DNA of 64,000 nucleotides from Callorhinchus milii (lineage: Eukaryota). The position numbers were made by a program, and so were the translations under genes. Below, one piece after another: positions 25,086 to 37,060 of the stretch. The notes under the pieces are model-generated. The model did no database searches, had not been told where the DNA came from, and saw nothing but the letters and a program-made list of their open reading frames with translations. Each line of letters opens with the position of its first letter. Positions within the stretch are counted from its first letter, which is position 1. The stretch covers positions 94,738,001-94,802,000 of the forward strand of contig NW_024704742.1 of NCBI RefSeq assembly GCF_018977255.1, given 5' to 3'.

Positions 25086-25587
25086 GGAGTCCTGTAGCTC
25101 AGTCCGCAAGAGAGAGATCTGGGTTCTTTTCCAGGCAGGGCGAAATGTTGGGCAAGTTTCCTTACTCCAAATGCCTCTGATTACCCAGCAGTAAGTAGGA
25201 ACCCAGTCGATTGGCAGACCACTTTTCCAGGGATAATAATCCTTAAAAAAAACAACAACAAAGTTACATTTGTATAGCGCCTTTCACTTTGGGAGGACGT
25301 CCCAAGGCTCTGGACAGACAGAGTTTCGGACCCGAGCTGAGGGTCCACACGAACGGGAAGATTTGGTTTAATATCTCATCTGAAACCCAGCAACTCCAAC
25401 AATGCAGCATAATAATACTTTGGTCACTCAATCCGTGACTGTTTGTGGGACACTGCTGTGCGCAATTGGCTGCTGCATTTTGCCCACAAATATACAGTCA
25501 ATTCACTTTACAGTATATTCTGTGAAGCGTTTTGAGACATCTAGAAGATGTGAAAAGCGCTATATCAAATGCAAGGATTATTATTAC
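25086..25587 (+). mobile_element. tRNA-headed SINE (long subfamily) interrupted by an antisense L2 tail (~25250-25345)
   Basis: Head and long-subfamily segment to ~25245; SINE 3' part resumes at ~25420. Confidence 0.8.
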
Positions 25588-26676
25588 TGTACAGTATGTT
25601 TTGTGTAGTGCTTTGAGATATCTTGACATCAAAGGCACTATATCAAATGCAAGATTATTATTATGTGTCTTGGCATTTGGTTTGCAGAATTATAATAATA
25701 CTCTTATTTCACAATGGGAGGATGCCTTAAAGATGCTTTACATGATTTTCCATAAAGTGTAGTGACTGTGTGTTTAGTGGCTGAATCCAGCAGCCAACCC
25801 AAGCAAAAACTATGTCCCACAAACAGCCATGAAGTGGACTGCATTATTTAGCCAGGAATTAGAGCCTCTGGTTTATGTAAGGGGAAATCAGCAAGGGTTG
25901 CTGTCTCTGATCGCTATCCTGTGACTTGTGCTGAAAGATACATGTGTGCAGATGTTAGGTGAGGCTGTGATATATATGCAGTTGCTATTAGTCAGTGTGA
26001 GCAGTGGCTGAACAGATAAACAATAGCCAGTTGAGTTAGATACTGGACACGGCTTGTGCAACTGTATCTCAGTGCATGGAAAAAGGGATCGGAACAGGAG
26101 AACAACTAGTGTTTTAAAAAAAAACGATTTAACTGGTTTGATGTTGACATTTAAACCACCCGGGATATGATGAATGGGAACAGACCTGCTGTGAAATTAG
26201 CAGTTCTTGAACATGCACATCCTGCAAGGGGATGAGATAAGAACAATTATTAAAGAAATAAAAACAGTCATCAGAGAAGATTGAGTGCTAATCGGAGCGC
26301 TGATTCTATCCTGTGTGAAGTGCAGGATGGCCCCTTCCTTGTTTCAGCTGGTTTCTGATTTCCCATTATTCTGGGGCTTTATCAACTGAGCTCGCACCAC
26401 ATTTGCTTTGAATCCATGGCAGTGGCTCAGACAGGCTGGTCCAGAGCCTCTCCATCAGTTGTAAACAAACACAAATTAAAATTCTGGGCATCTCCATGAC
26501 AGCTTTCAAGCCCTCTCTCAAAACAGCTGCAGTTTCCAATCCAACAGATGGTGTTTAATAATAGTCATCTATATAATGGAGGCGCTTCTCGTTTTGCACC
26601 CCCAGAATTCCACAAAAACAGTTTTATCAAACATGTTGCAATGACATGTAAGGTGTTGCACTGACCTCTTCAGTAG

Positions 26677-26690
26677 GTTTCCATGGCAAC
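26677..26690. promoter_or_regulatory. RFX X-box motif
   Basis: GTTTCCATGGCAAC fits the 14-bp X-box consensus and extends to GGTT...AACC. Confidence 0.55.
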
Positions 26691-29600
26691 CCTGATCTAT
26701 TATTTTCTAAAAGCGGTGACATCAAGTTTTTTTTCTAATCTATCTCGCTTGTTCTGCATCCATTCAGTTTGGTGCGCCTGAGGAGAGAACCATAATTTTC
26801 TATATAATTGCCTGGTATCTGCAAACCGTATTAACCATCTGAATGCTGAATGGGAAGACATTCTCCTCTTTTCCTCCACCTTCTGTCTCAAGGGCTAATG
26901 TATTTTCCAAACTCATTCCCTTCTGCCAGTAAAGATTTTGTTTCAGTAATTAGCTAAGGAGAAATGCCCCCAAGAAATGATCATTGCTGTTGCTTCTTGG
27001 TGTAATATTAATAATAATAATCCTTGCATTGGATATAGAACCGTATCGCATCTTCTAGACGTCTCAAAGCGCTAATATAATAATAATATAATGATAATAA
27101 TAATAATCCTTCTATTTATACTGTAAAGTGAATTGACCATGTATTTTATGGGTGAAATGCAGCAGTCAATTGCGCACAGCAGTGTCCCATGAACCGTCGT
27201 GGATTGAGTGACCAAATTATCATTAGTATTTTTTCGGATTATTAATGATGGGCACTTAGTTGAGCCACTTGGTCAGAATGCGATCTAGAGCAATAAAATC
27301 ATGTCCCAGTAGAGGGAAAAGGGAGATGAAAGGAGGAAGAGGAGGAGAAGGAGGAGGAGGAGGAGAGTACAGTACGAGAAAAGAAATTGCCAATAAAGAA
27401 ATGGGGAACTCCAGCTACAACAACGGGAACATCGGGACTCCCTTGTGCACCACTATATTATGTTAGTTTTCTGTGGAATTCTTTGATAAGTCACCCCTTA
27501 TCGTTTATACATACTTCATACATGACAATAATAATCCTTGCATTTGATATAGCGCCTTATCAAGTCTTTAAGAAGTCACAAAGCCCTTCACAGAATATAC
27601 TGTAAAGTGAATTGACTGTATATTTTGTGGCGAAACATTGAAGCACCTGATCTCTGCCAGCGGAGTGAGGATGAAGGCTAGTTGTCCATTTGCTGGGATG
27701 CATTGATTTGTTACCTATCTTCCCTATGGCTTGAGATTGCTTTGATTCATCTCTGTCTGGGAAATAGTGTGGGTAAAATTGCCCACTATTTTGGACTGGT
27801 GGCTCGTGAGTTGCATCCTTGGTATTCAGGGGAGCACAAATTTTCCTAATTCAAATGCTCAACCGGAAAAACTCTTCACTCCTCAGAGACCGCTCTGATT
27901 GGAATCGCCTTAATCAAAGAATCCTACAGATTGTTGCATTGAAGGAGGCCATTCAACTACCATTGGTGATGGCTCTAGCTCCTCCGCTAAAGCTAACTTT
28001 CTAATTCCCTGCTACAACCAACATTGAGGACTTGCTGAGGCTGGCCCAGGATTTCTAATCATTTTCACATTCTTTATGGCTATTTGTTCCTTTCAGGAAG
28101 AATCAAACTTTACAGTTACCTGGAACAGATAAGAGTCGATTCTGGGTTCAGTTTGAGCTGGACCAGACAGAACAGGACACCTTGCTGCAAACCAACTGAC
28201 ACTGCAGTTTTTCCCTTTCTCTGTGCCATTTTATATTTGGTAGCAAACTGACTAACGATGACAAGGTGTGACATGCTGATTTTCGTTGGTGATAATTATA
28301 ATTTGTCGTAGCTGGAGTTTAAAATAAATAAATAGTTTGGTCACTCAATCCATGACTGTTTGTGCAACACTGCTGGGCGCAATTGGCTGCCACATTTTGC
28401 CCGCAAAATATACAGTCAATTCACTTTACAGTGCAGCGCCTTGAGACATCTCAACGATGTGATAAGATGCTATATCAAGTGCAAAGATTATTAATATTAT
28501 TGTTGTTAATAATGTAGTTGAGGCCAGTTGACAATTATTGAATGTGGTCCTCTTCTGAGTTTGGTACAAAGGCTGGGTCTGAAGTTGGCTCTCAGCCAGC
28601 ATTGAAGTTGCTGACTTTAAGCCAGTTCCAAACTCAGCCATTGATAGGGTGGGTGTTCTGGAGGGATGAGATTGGATGGGTTGAAGAGCCTTCTTCATCC
28701 AAACCAATCTTGTGATCTTGTTTGAATTGAGTTATTAATTTAGGTCCAGATGCCTTTGGATTTGGGTGGATGTGAAGCCGATCTCCTCTGCTATTTCAAA
28801 GAAAAGTTATTTTTTCTTCACACCTATGTTGCCTCCAAATTTCCCTAAATTTCTAGTTGCTCGGCTACTCATCTCACTCTTTTGCATAATCTGACACAAA
28901 TTAGCTGCTATACGTGCCTCAGAGCAGCATTCATTTAATTTCTATTTAATTGTATTGTGAAAGGCACATTGAAACTTTTCATTCACATCAAAGGTTCTAT
29001 ATAAATGTAAATTATCAACTTGTCTGTTAACTCTGGATTTGGGGTTGAGTTTGCTGATGATCCATGAATGCATCCCCAGGATCAACACCAAGTCATTGTG
29101 GAAAATGTTGCTGGAGTTATTGCGTGAGGAAAAAAAATCGACAACATGATCTATGGTGCATGTCAACAGTTTAATAGATCTCAGATAAACACTACACACA
29201 AATGCACATTGACTGATTTGGAGTGCTTCCTTCTGTCAGATGAGATAACAGTGATCTAGATCACAGGCTGTCAAAAGTTGTGTTCATTCAACAAAAATAC
29301 AAATACAAAGTGTATTTTACACAAGCAATTTCCATTGTGTGTTTCATCCAAAGTCATCAATGAAACAATGACCTGCTTCACCAATGCGTTTTGAGTATGT
29401 CGGAATTCATGAACCAACAAATAAATCTTCCAACTTGGTTGTAAGGCAATGTAACCAACTACCACCCCTGTTAAAACAGTGGAAATTCAGATAGATTACA
29501 AATACACACTGGCAGGTCTTTATCTATCAGGGTGTTATAGCAGTGAGAGTGTGAAAGCATCAGGAGCTGCCTCACTGACAAATAGCCTATTCTGTTGTTA

Positions 29601-30434
29601 CTGTGCTTGCAACCTTCATAGTATATGCTAGTAAGGGTCCTGTTGAGAATCTAGTCCATTCCAAGGTGAATTATTAATCCTTCGGTCCGCAGCATAGGAC
29701 AGTGGTCATTGAAGTAAGCTTTAGAGGCTGATATTGGGTACGCATCACTGTTCTCTTCCTCTGAGAGGATTATAGCCTTTGAAAAGGTTGCACTGAATTT
29801 CAGTAAAGACTCATCATGGAGACAAGGTCACTATTCCACTGATGACTTTGGATTACACAAGAACTGGACAATTAGAAAGATTGCTGAGCCAATAAAGGGT
29901 CACAGATTGACTTCTACATTCCTTTGAAATTGTGCCATGGGATCTTTAAATAGTTTCATCTACATAATATACAGTCGATTCACTTTTCAGTATATTCTAT
30001 GCAGTGCTTTGAAACGTCTCAACAACGTGATAAGACACTATATCAAATGCAAGGATTATTATTAAATATCTCTCTGAGGAAACAGATCAAATGAATGTGA
30101 CCCGGCTTTAACATCTTACCCATTGAAACAATGCATTGACCCCCTCAGTACTGCACTGGAATGTTAGCCTGGATAGTCAACTCAAGATCTGGACTGGAGT
30201 GAGAACACTAGCACCTCTGCCATGGGCCCTTAGTTATAAATGCCAATAGAAAATCTCAAAATGAATGTTTAGGATTCATGGTAAAGTATCTTTATTCTTG
30301 TTTTTCTATAATTCACTGAGAGGTTTGCATTGTGACACTCTTATGGTCATGCCATCCTTAGGGTGTTTCATCACTTCTTGCAAACACTCACTCATTGCAG
30401 AACAGACCTGTTCATTTCTTACATCTCACCAAGT

Positions 30435-30738
30435 ATAATAATAATTATCCTTGCATTTGATATAGCGCTTTTCACGTCTTCAATACGTCTCAAAGAATAT
30501 ATTGTAAAGTGAATTGACTGTATATTTGTGAGCGAAACACGGCAGCCAATTGTGGACAGCAGTGCCCCACAAACAGTTGTGGATTGAAGTGACCAACTTA
30601 TTATTGTTTTTTTTCTTGAGGGATTATTATCAGGTGTGTGGAGGAAGGAAACTTGCCCAAGGTTTTGCCCTGCCGGGAATCAAACCCAGGTCTCGTGTTT
30701 GTGAGGCAAGGGCTCTAAGCACTGAGCTACAGGACTTC
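30435..30738 (-). mobile_element. tRNA-headed SINE (short subfamily, diverged)
   Basis: Reverse complement of the SINE head and tail. Confidence 0.9.
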
Positions 30739-31869
30739 AGTAACTGAATCAATTATCTGTCAGTAACTAGCAACAATTGTACATCTTAAACATGGAGACA
30801 GAGGCAGCCCATATACCACAGTATACTGTTACCAGCCAGTTAGTTGTTTGGGTCCTGTGTGTTTAGTTTTACAGTGAGACTCCTGTCCCAGACTATATTT
30901 GATATTTTTTGAGCAATCCCCTATTTATTTATTGCTAAACCAACATATATAAATGACTGCACAGCTGGATCCACTCAAAACTTGTACTTGTTTTCAATAA
31001 TTAAACAGGGCACAAGGAACATAATCAAACTTTCAAAGAAAACAGTACATTTTAAAATTCAGGCAAAATTTACTGTGAAGTAAACGAACATAGTCCAAAC
31101 TCAAGGATAACTGTTTTCTTGAACTCAAAGGGTCATATTTTGCTGTAACAAACGACTACATATTTTAAAACAGTCTTTACTATAAGCGTAAATCTATTGA
31201 AACCTTTACCTATTTACCAGGAGTTGCCTCCCACGACTGCCCTCAAGCAGTGATCGATAACATTCTGGTTATAAATGGTATATCAGTCAACATTATATAC
31301 ATGCAGAGATGTGTTCAGTTAACATGCCAATGATTACTGAATATACATCTCAATTCTTCTGTCAGGCACTTTAAACAGTAACAGAGCAGCACAAATATTG
31401 CGCAGATTAATATCACAATTCCACATAGACCTATTAGTCCAAGCAGGAGCTCTGCCTCTTTAGTGCCCAAATTCCAGACCAGAGGGGAAGCAAATTGAAA
31501 CAATCTGAATTGCTGAATGATCTTGTGCAGAAAAAGTTCTAACAACTGTTACATCCATTTCTGACTAATACTGTATTATCCTAACATTAGACTCAGAACA
31601 AACAGTATTGCCCAGCAGCATTCCCTAGCAGGGAAGTTTGCTCAAACTATAAAATGCAAAACTGCTATGGGACACCAAGTATTTAGGTGTTTTAGAGCCT
31701 TGCCATTTCTCATATTCTTAAGCTTAAAATTTCAGCCTGCAAGGAATTTTACTTCATAGCTCTAAACTGGATACCAATTTTCCTGTCATTGCGGGCTATT
31801 TCTAGTATCTGTACTGACTCAGCAAATTTCAAGGATCGAACCTGCGAGCTTCACCATCTGCATGGATTT

Positions 31870-32075
31870 TGTTTGGTCAACCAGGTATCTATGACACATG
31901 CGGAAATCCATCCCCATGCTTAAGAGTATCCAAACCAAACTGAGAATTCCATGCCTCCCACCTACACATGGAAATCCCCGAGATAGATTGTTGCAATGGA
32001 ATGCACACTCTCTCTCTCTCTCTGAAGGGACGCATCCTGCTTACCTAATTCCGGAAAGTATTAGGCGCAGGTATG
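31870..32075 (-). mobile_element. Unassigned structured interspersed repeat, copy C
   Basis: Reverse complement of ~17070-17260. Confidence 0.8.
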
Positions 32076-33625
32076 GCTCAGCACCCACATCAAGCAGGAG
32101 ATCTGACCATTGAGAAAGCTCCTCGGATGAAAGGTAAAGAAATCTTCACAAATGCGAGGGCAGAAGAAAGGTCAAGCAATGGAGAGTCTGACTTCTCCTG
32201 ACCCCAAAACGATGTAGGTAAATCCCATGGCTGTTTGCCATTGAAATACGTTCATCTACATTGAGTGACTTTGTTATTTCTTGCCAAGGAATTAATTTCT
32301 TGCCAAGCTGGAGCATTGTGTGGTAGATAGTAAAGTATCTCAATCACACAGGGAAAGAAAACGAGAAAATAAAATAATGCTGTCCAATTTACTTGGCTTG
32401 GAATTATCCTTTTTCCTGGTCGATTAGCATGAGTCTTGGAGAAAGAAAAGGATGTGTAGTGATTGCTCAAAGGGCAAATCAGTGTTTTAAAATGTAATTA
32501 CATTGTTTTTCTGGTTTGTAAGTTCCCTAATACAGTTTATGTTTTCTGCGTTGAAAGTGAGAGCAATCTCTTTTATTTCTGCTCTTCGTATATACAGTAT
32601 ATACAGCACTCGTATTCCATATTTTTTTGAAAAAATATAGCAACATTTATATTTTGCACTTGTAATATATTTAAATCATTCACTGCCCAGAATGAATACG
32701 TTCGATTAGAATTTTTTTTAAAGCCATTTAAAAAAACTGTTGTGAAGTCTTTTTTCATCCGTTGTCATGGCAGACTTGACGTGCAAGTCTCGGCTGCAAA
32801 GCACTGAGATAGGAGGCTGATTTATTTTTTGCCATTTTGCGTAAATGTGGCAGGCAACAGTTATTAGGGAGGCAGTCAGCAGAGACCAGCGCTTTTGTCT
32901 TCCATTTCAGACCTTTCATTAGCATTGCCTATCACTTCATTTTCCTAACTGCAGCAATAGTCATATAATGTATGCCTCACGTCACCTTGAGTGAAAGGAA
33001 CCGAGTAAAGAGCTTCATAAAATTGCCTTGGAATCTCATCTCCAGATTCATCAGCACAACCGAACCTGATTGTCAAGTGCATTTTATCACCTTGAATTGG
33101 GTCTGGAGCCTAGGACTGTGCTCTCCCAATTTGCAGCAATGTTCCTTAGGTCTGTGCAGTGATCTGAAAAAGCATTTTCTGATGCACCATATTGATTGCT
33201 GTCTCTACTTTGCTCCTTTCCCAGCTGTGCTAGCAGCTCCTCAGATTTGTAGACAAGGGCAGTCAGAGACAAACAGAGCTAATTAAGGTTAACAGATTTA
33301 CTATTAGCTGCCAGAACTTTTTTTTCACAAACTGGGGAGGGACGATTTTTGGATTTGTAAATCCTGGCTGTTATCAGCACTTTTAGCCCCTTTACTTTGG
33401 ATGGGAATTAGAATTTGCTACGAGAATCCGAAAGATAATATCATTATTCTGGAAATAACTGATATGTGTACAATTTGGCATATCCATCTCTGGTCCATTT
33501 AAAATTCTTTGTTCTCCATATCATACAATTAGTTGAAGGAAAAACAGTTTTGTATTCACTGCCAGATCACTGTACATACAGTATATATATTTATATATAA
33601 AACATGTTCTGTCATTTCATTCTGT

Positions 33626-33946
33626 GGAGTCCTGTAGCTCAGTGGTTAGAGCACTCGCTTTGCAAGCGAGAGACCCGAGTTCAATTCCAGGCAGGGCGAA
33701 ACCTTGGGCAAGTTTCCTTACTCCACACAGAGCCTAATAATAATCCCTCCAAAAAACAAAAACAATAATAAATTGGTCATTTTCAATCTACGACTGTTTG
33801 TGGGACATTGTTGTGCGCAATTGGCTGCCACGTTCGCCCACAAATATATACAGTCAATTCACTTTACAGTGTGTTCTGTGAAGCGCTTTGGGACGTCCTC
33901 CCGACGTGAAAAGCGCTATATCAAATGCAAGGATTATTATTATTAT
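33626..33946 (+). mobile_element. Young full-length tRNA-headed SINE (short subfamily)
   Basis: Intact A and B boxes, TTTGCAA anticodon-loop-like segment, L2 tail, (TTA)n. Confidence 0.96.
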
Positions 33947-34377
33947 TTGTCTATTATTTTGTTTCTGCTGTCAAAAAGGTCGCAAAGCATTGAACTTTTT
34001 TTTAAAAAATGTGTTCATTAATTTTGCCTGGATTTGTTTCCTTCAAATTTTAATGAGAAGTTATTCTTAAATGTAAAGGAAAACCCCTTGTGTGGCAAAA
34101 TAGAAGAGAAGTTCAATGAAATTGGAAACTGGGAGTGCAGAACAAAAGAGCTCAGTTCAGTATCTGTTTTCTACCAGTGGCTGACAACATGACTACAATA
34201 AAACTGTGTAAAGTGTTCATCACCACTAGGGCTAGAAATTGCTCATTCTGGGAGCAAATTCATAAAACACATTTTTTGTATCTACCAAATAAAACCATTC
34301 ATTTTATTCGCTTTCAAGGAAGGTGAGTTTAGCTGCAGTTCTGTGTTCGTAACCAAATCTTTGCATTCCAAGAAATA

Positions 34378-35135
34378 CAACAACAATAACTTGCATTTAT
34401 ATAATGCCCTTCACATGGGGTAGCGTCCCGGAGCACTTCACAGTGACAGAGCCTGACACCGAGCCAGGAGGAGAGTAAGCACGATCAAAAAGGATTTGAA
34501 GGTGGGGAGGGAGCGGGCAAGGCAGAGGGATTGAGGGAGAATTCCTGAGTTTCGGGGTGAAGGCACGGCCACTGATGGTGGAATCATCTCTTCCCACTTT
34601 CAGGTCTTGGCTGAAGACCTTTCTTTTCGATTGTGTCTTTGGTCACCTTCCTCCCCCTCCCCCTGGCTCGGCCCCGGGATCCGTTACTGTGAAGCGCTCT
34701 GAGATGCCGTCTGGCGTGGAGGGCGCTATATAAATCCAAGTTGTTGTTGTTGGAATGGAGGGCATGAAGGACAAATAGGAGGCCAGAGCCAGTTGATTGG
34801 AGGCAGCGGGTGGTGGAATTGAGGGTAAGCAGGTCGGATAGGTAGGGATTTGAAAATGAGTGAGAGGATCTTGAAGTCGATCCGTTCGGTAATTGGGAGC
34901 CAGTGGAGCCTGGCTAGGACTGGTGTGATGGGGGTACGGAGTTTTGTACAGGTGAGTATCCGGGGGGTGGAGTTTCGGATTAATTGCATTTTGTGTATGG
35001 TGGAGCTGAGTAGACCAGCGAGGAGGGCATTGGAATAGTCCAGCCAGGAAGTGATGAAGGCGTGGACAAGGGTTTCGGCTGCTTTGGGTGTGAGGTATGG
35101 ATGGAGGAGGCAATGTGACGGAGTTGGAAAAAAGC
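34378..35135. mobile_element. Cluster of L2 3' fragments in both orientations
   Basis: Minus ~34755-35135 translates ITPVLARLHWLPITERIDFKIL; plus-strand tail ~34590-34752; minus-strand tail ~34378-34580. Confidence 0.85.
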
Positions 35136-36211
35136 GATCCTAGTCCAGGGAACGGAAATGGGGTAGAAAAGAAAGCTGGGGGAAGAAAAACTGCTATTTT
35201 TCTGACTCCCATTTCTTCAATTTTCTCTCCTCTTTTATCTGCTTTTAAAATTTGCCATTTGTATCTGATATTCCATCTTCAGCTTTTGTTCCAGGGGCTG
35301 TCAATATTGGGAGCCATTTCCTTTTTAAAAGATTGTTGGTTATGTTTGTTTCTGCTGTGTCAAAATGTTGAACTAACTCTTTAAAGGTGATACTACTACA
35401 CAAATACCCAAAGTAATATATTATGTTGAATGGCGTGTAGAGGCACAGACATTTACAGGACTGAAGAAGACCATTTGATCCATCGTATCTGTGCAGCTTG
35501 TTTAAGAGCAATCCTTTCATTCCCATTTATCTGCCGTTTCCTCATAATCCTGTAGTTTACTCCTTATTAGGGATTTATCCGGTTCCCATTTGAAAGCTAA
35601 TGTGGATTCTGCCCAACCACTGCTCGTGGCATGGCATTCCATATCCTACTCTGCGTGTGACAAATAAAATAATAATCCTTGCATTTGATGTAACGCCTTA
35701 TCACGTCTTCAAGACGTCTCAAAGCGCTTCACAGAACATACTGTAAAGTGAATTGACTGTATACTTTGTGGGCAAAATGTGGCAGCCAATTGCGCACAGC
35801 AGTCTGCTAACCTGCCCATTTGCTGACCATCTTAAATTGATACCGAATAGTCACTGTGGTCACAATGTAGCCACTTGTCAAACAATGGAGATAATTTCTT
35901 CCCACTGACTCTATGAACCCCTCCTGCCAAGTCATAGACATCCATGATCAACAATGGGCAGGTATTTAGCTGTGCTCTTTACAAAAGAAAGGCATATTCC
36001 CAATCTATGTAGAGAAATGCAATTTTATTAATGATCAATTATTTATGATCACTGCTGAATGCAAAATGACAGGACATGATCAGAGTTCACGAGTTCTGTC
36101 AAATTGTTGCTTCAAGGTGGAGGTCAGAGGTCAGTACCAAAGATGATTGTGGTGATAACAGAAGATAACTCTTCTGTTAACAGAAAGAGGGGGAGAGGGA
36201 AAGGTGAGCTG

Positions 36212-36283
36212 TTATGGTCTGAAGTGGCTGAAATCAATATTGAGGCCAGAGGGCTGAAGGGTCCCTAGCAGATAGGGTTGTTG
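36212..36283 (-). pseudogene. Penelope-like element GIY-YIG endonuclease C-terminal remnant
   Basis: Translates QQPYLLGTLQPSGLNIDFSHFRP*, matching the LGTLxPxGLN motif at the end of PLE ORFs. Confidence 0.8.
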
Positions 36284-36289
36284 TACAAA

Positions 36290-36570
36290 CCTCCTTTTGT
36301 CTTATGCCACTATCACCTCTTTAACCCATCAATTAACACATTCTCTTCTTTGTCTTCTTTTTTGTCTTCTTTGTCGTCCTTGTCCTGTCTCCCCCCTCAA
36401 CTTTTCCTTAAAAACCTTTCCCTCCAACGTGCCCCAGTTCTGACGAAAGGTCATGGACCCGAAACGTTGACTCACTTTCCTTTCTCCATAAATGCTGCTT
36501 GACCTGCTGAGTTTTCGCAGCTCTCTGTTTTTGTTTCAGATTCCAGCATCTGCAGGATTTTGTGTTTTGT
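36290..36570 (+). mobile_element. Penelope-like element 3' end / pseudo-LTR
   Basis: Contains the hammerhead motif and the ATGCTGCTTGACCTGCTGAG...TTCAGATTCCAGCATCTGCAG terminus; inverted relative to the adjacent ORF remnant, as is common for PLEs. Confidence 0.75.
36436..36472 (+). ncRNA. Minimal type I hammerhead ribozyme motif (probably impaired)
   Basis: AGTT-CTGACGA-AA-GGTC-ATG-GACC-C-GAAA-CGTT-GACT. Confidence 0.65.
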
Positions 36571-36689
36571 CCAAAGAGCTCAGTGTTTGGCAAACCATTT
36601 TGACTTCTGGGATCATGGAATAAAGGGATAGTTTCTCTTCAATTGTCAACCATACAATGACCAGAGTTCCAGTTTTATCCTTTACTCGT

Positions 36690-37060
36690 GGAGTCCTGTG
36701 GTGTATTGGTTAGAGCACTCGCCTCACAAGTGAGAGGACCCGGGTTCAATTCCGGGCAGGGCGAACACTTAGGCAAGTTTGTTTACTCCACGTGCCTCTG
36801 TTTACCTATCAGTAAGTAGGAACCCGGTTGTTAGTCAATTGGCGGTTTGCTTTCTGAGGGTAATAATCTTTTCAAAAATAAATTATTTGATCACTCAATC
36901 CACGACTGTTTGTGGGACACTGCTGTGTGTAATTGGCTGCGGCATTTCACACACAAAATACACAGTCAATTCACTTTAGAGTATAGTCTGTGAAGCGCTT
37001 TGAGACATCTCAATGTTGTGGTAAGGCACTATATCAAACGCAAGTATTATTATTATTATT
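36690..37060 (+). mobile_element. tRNA-headed SINE (long subfamily)
   Basis: Head, extra TCTGTTTACCTATCAGTAAGTAGGAACCC segment, shared tail. Confidence 0.92.

Noticed and set aside
26700..26891. 63-aa minus-strand ORF
   Set aside because: Non-ATG start, weak acceptor, no recognisable domain
29373..29467. Possible minus-strand exon VVVGYIALQPSWKIYLLVHEFRHTQNALVKQ
   Set aside because: Weak donor (GTCATT) and no recognisable homology
34178..34322. Possible plus-strand 145-nt open exon ending at a GTGAGT donor
   Set aside because: Peptide unrecognisable and composition intron-like
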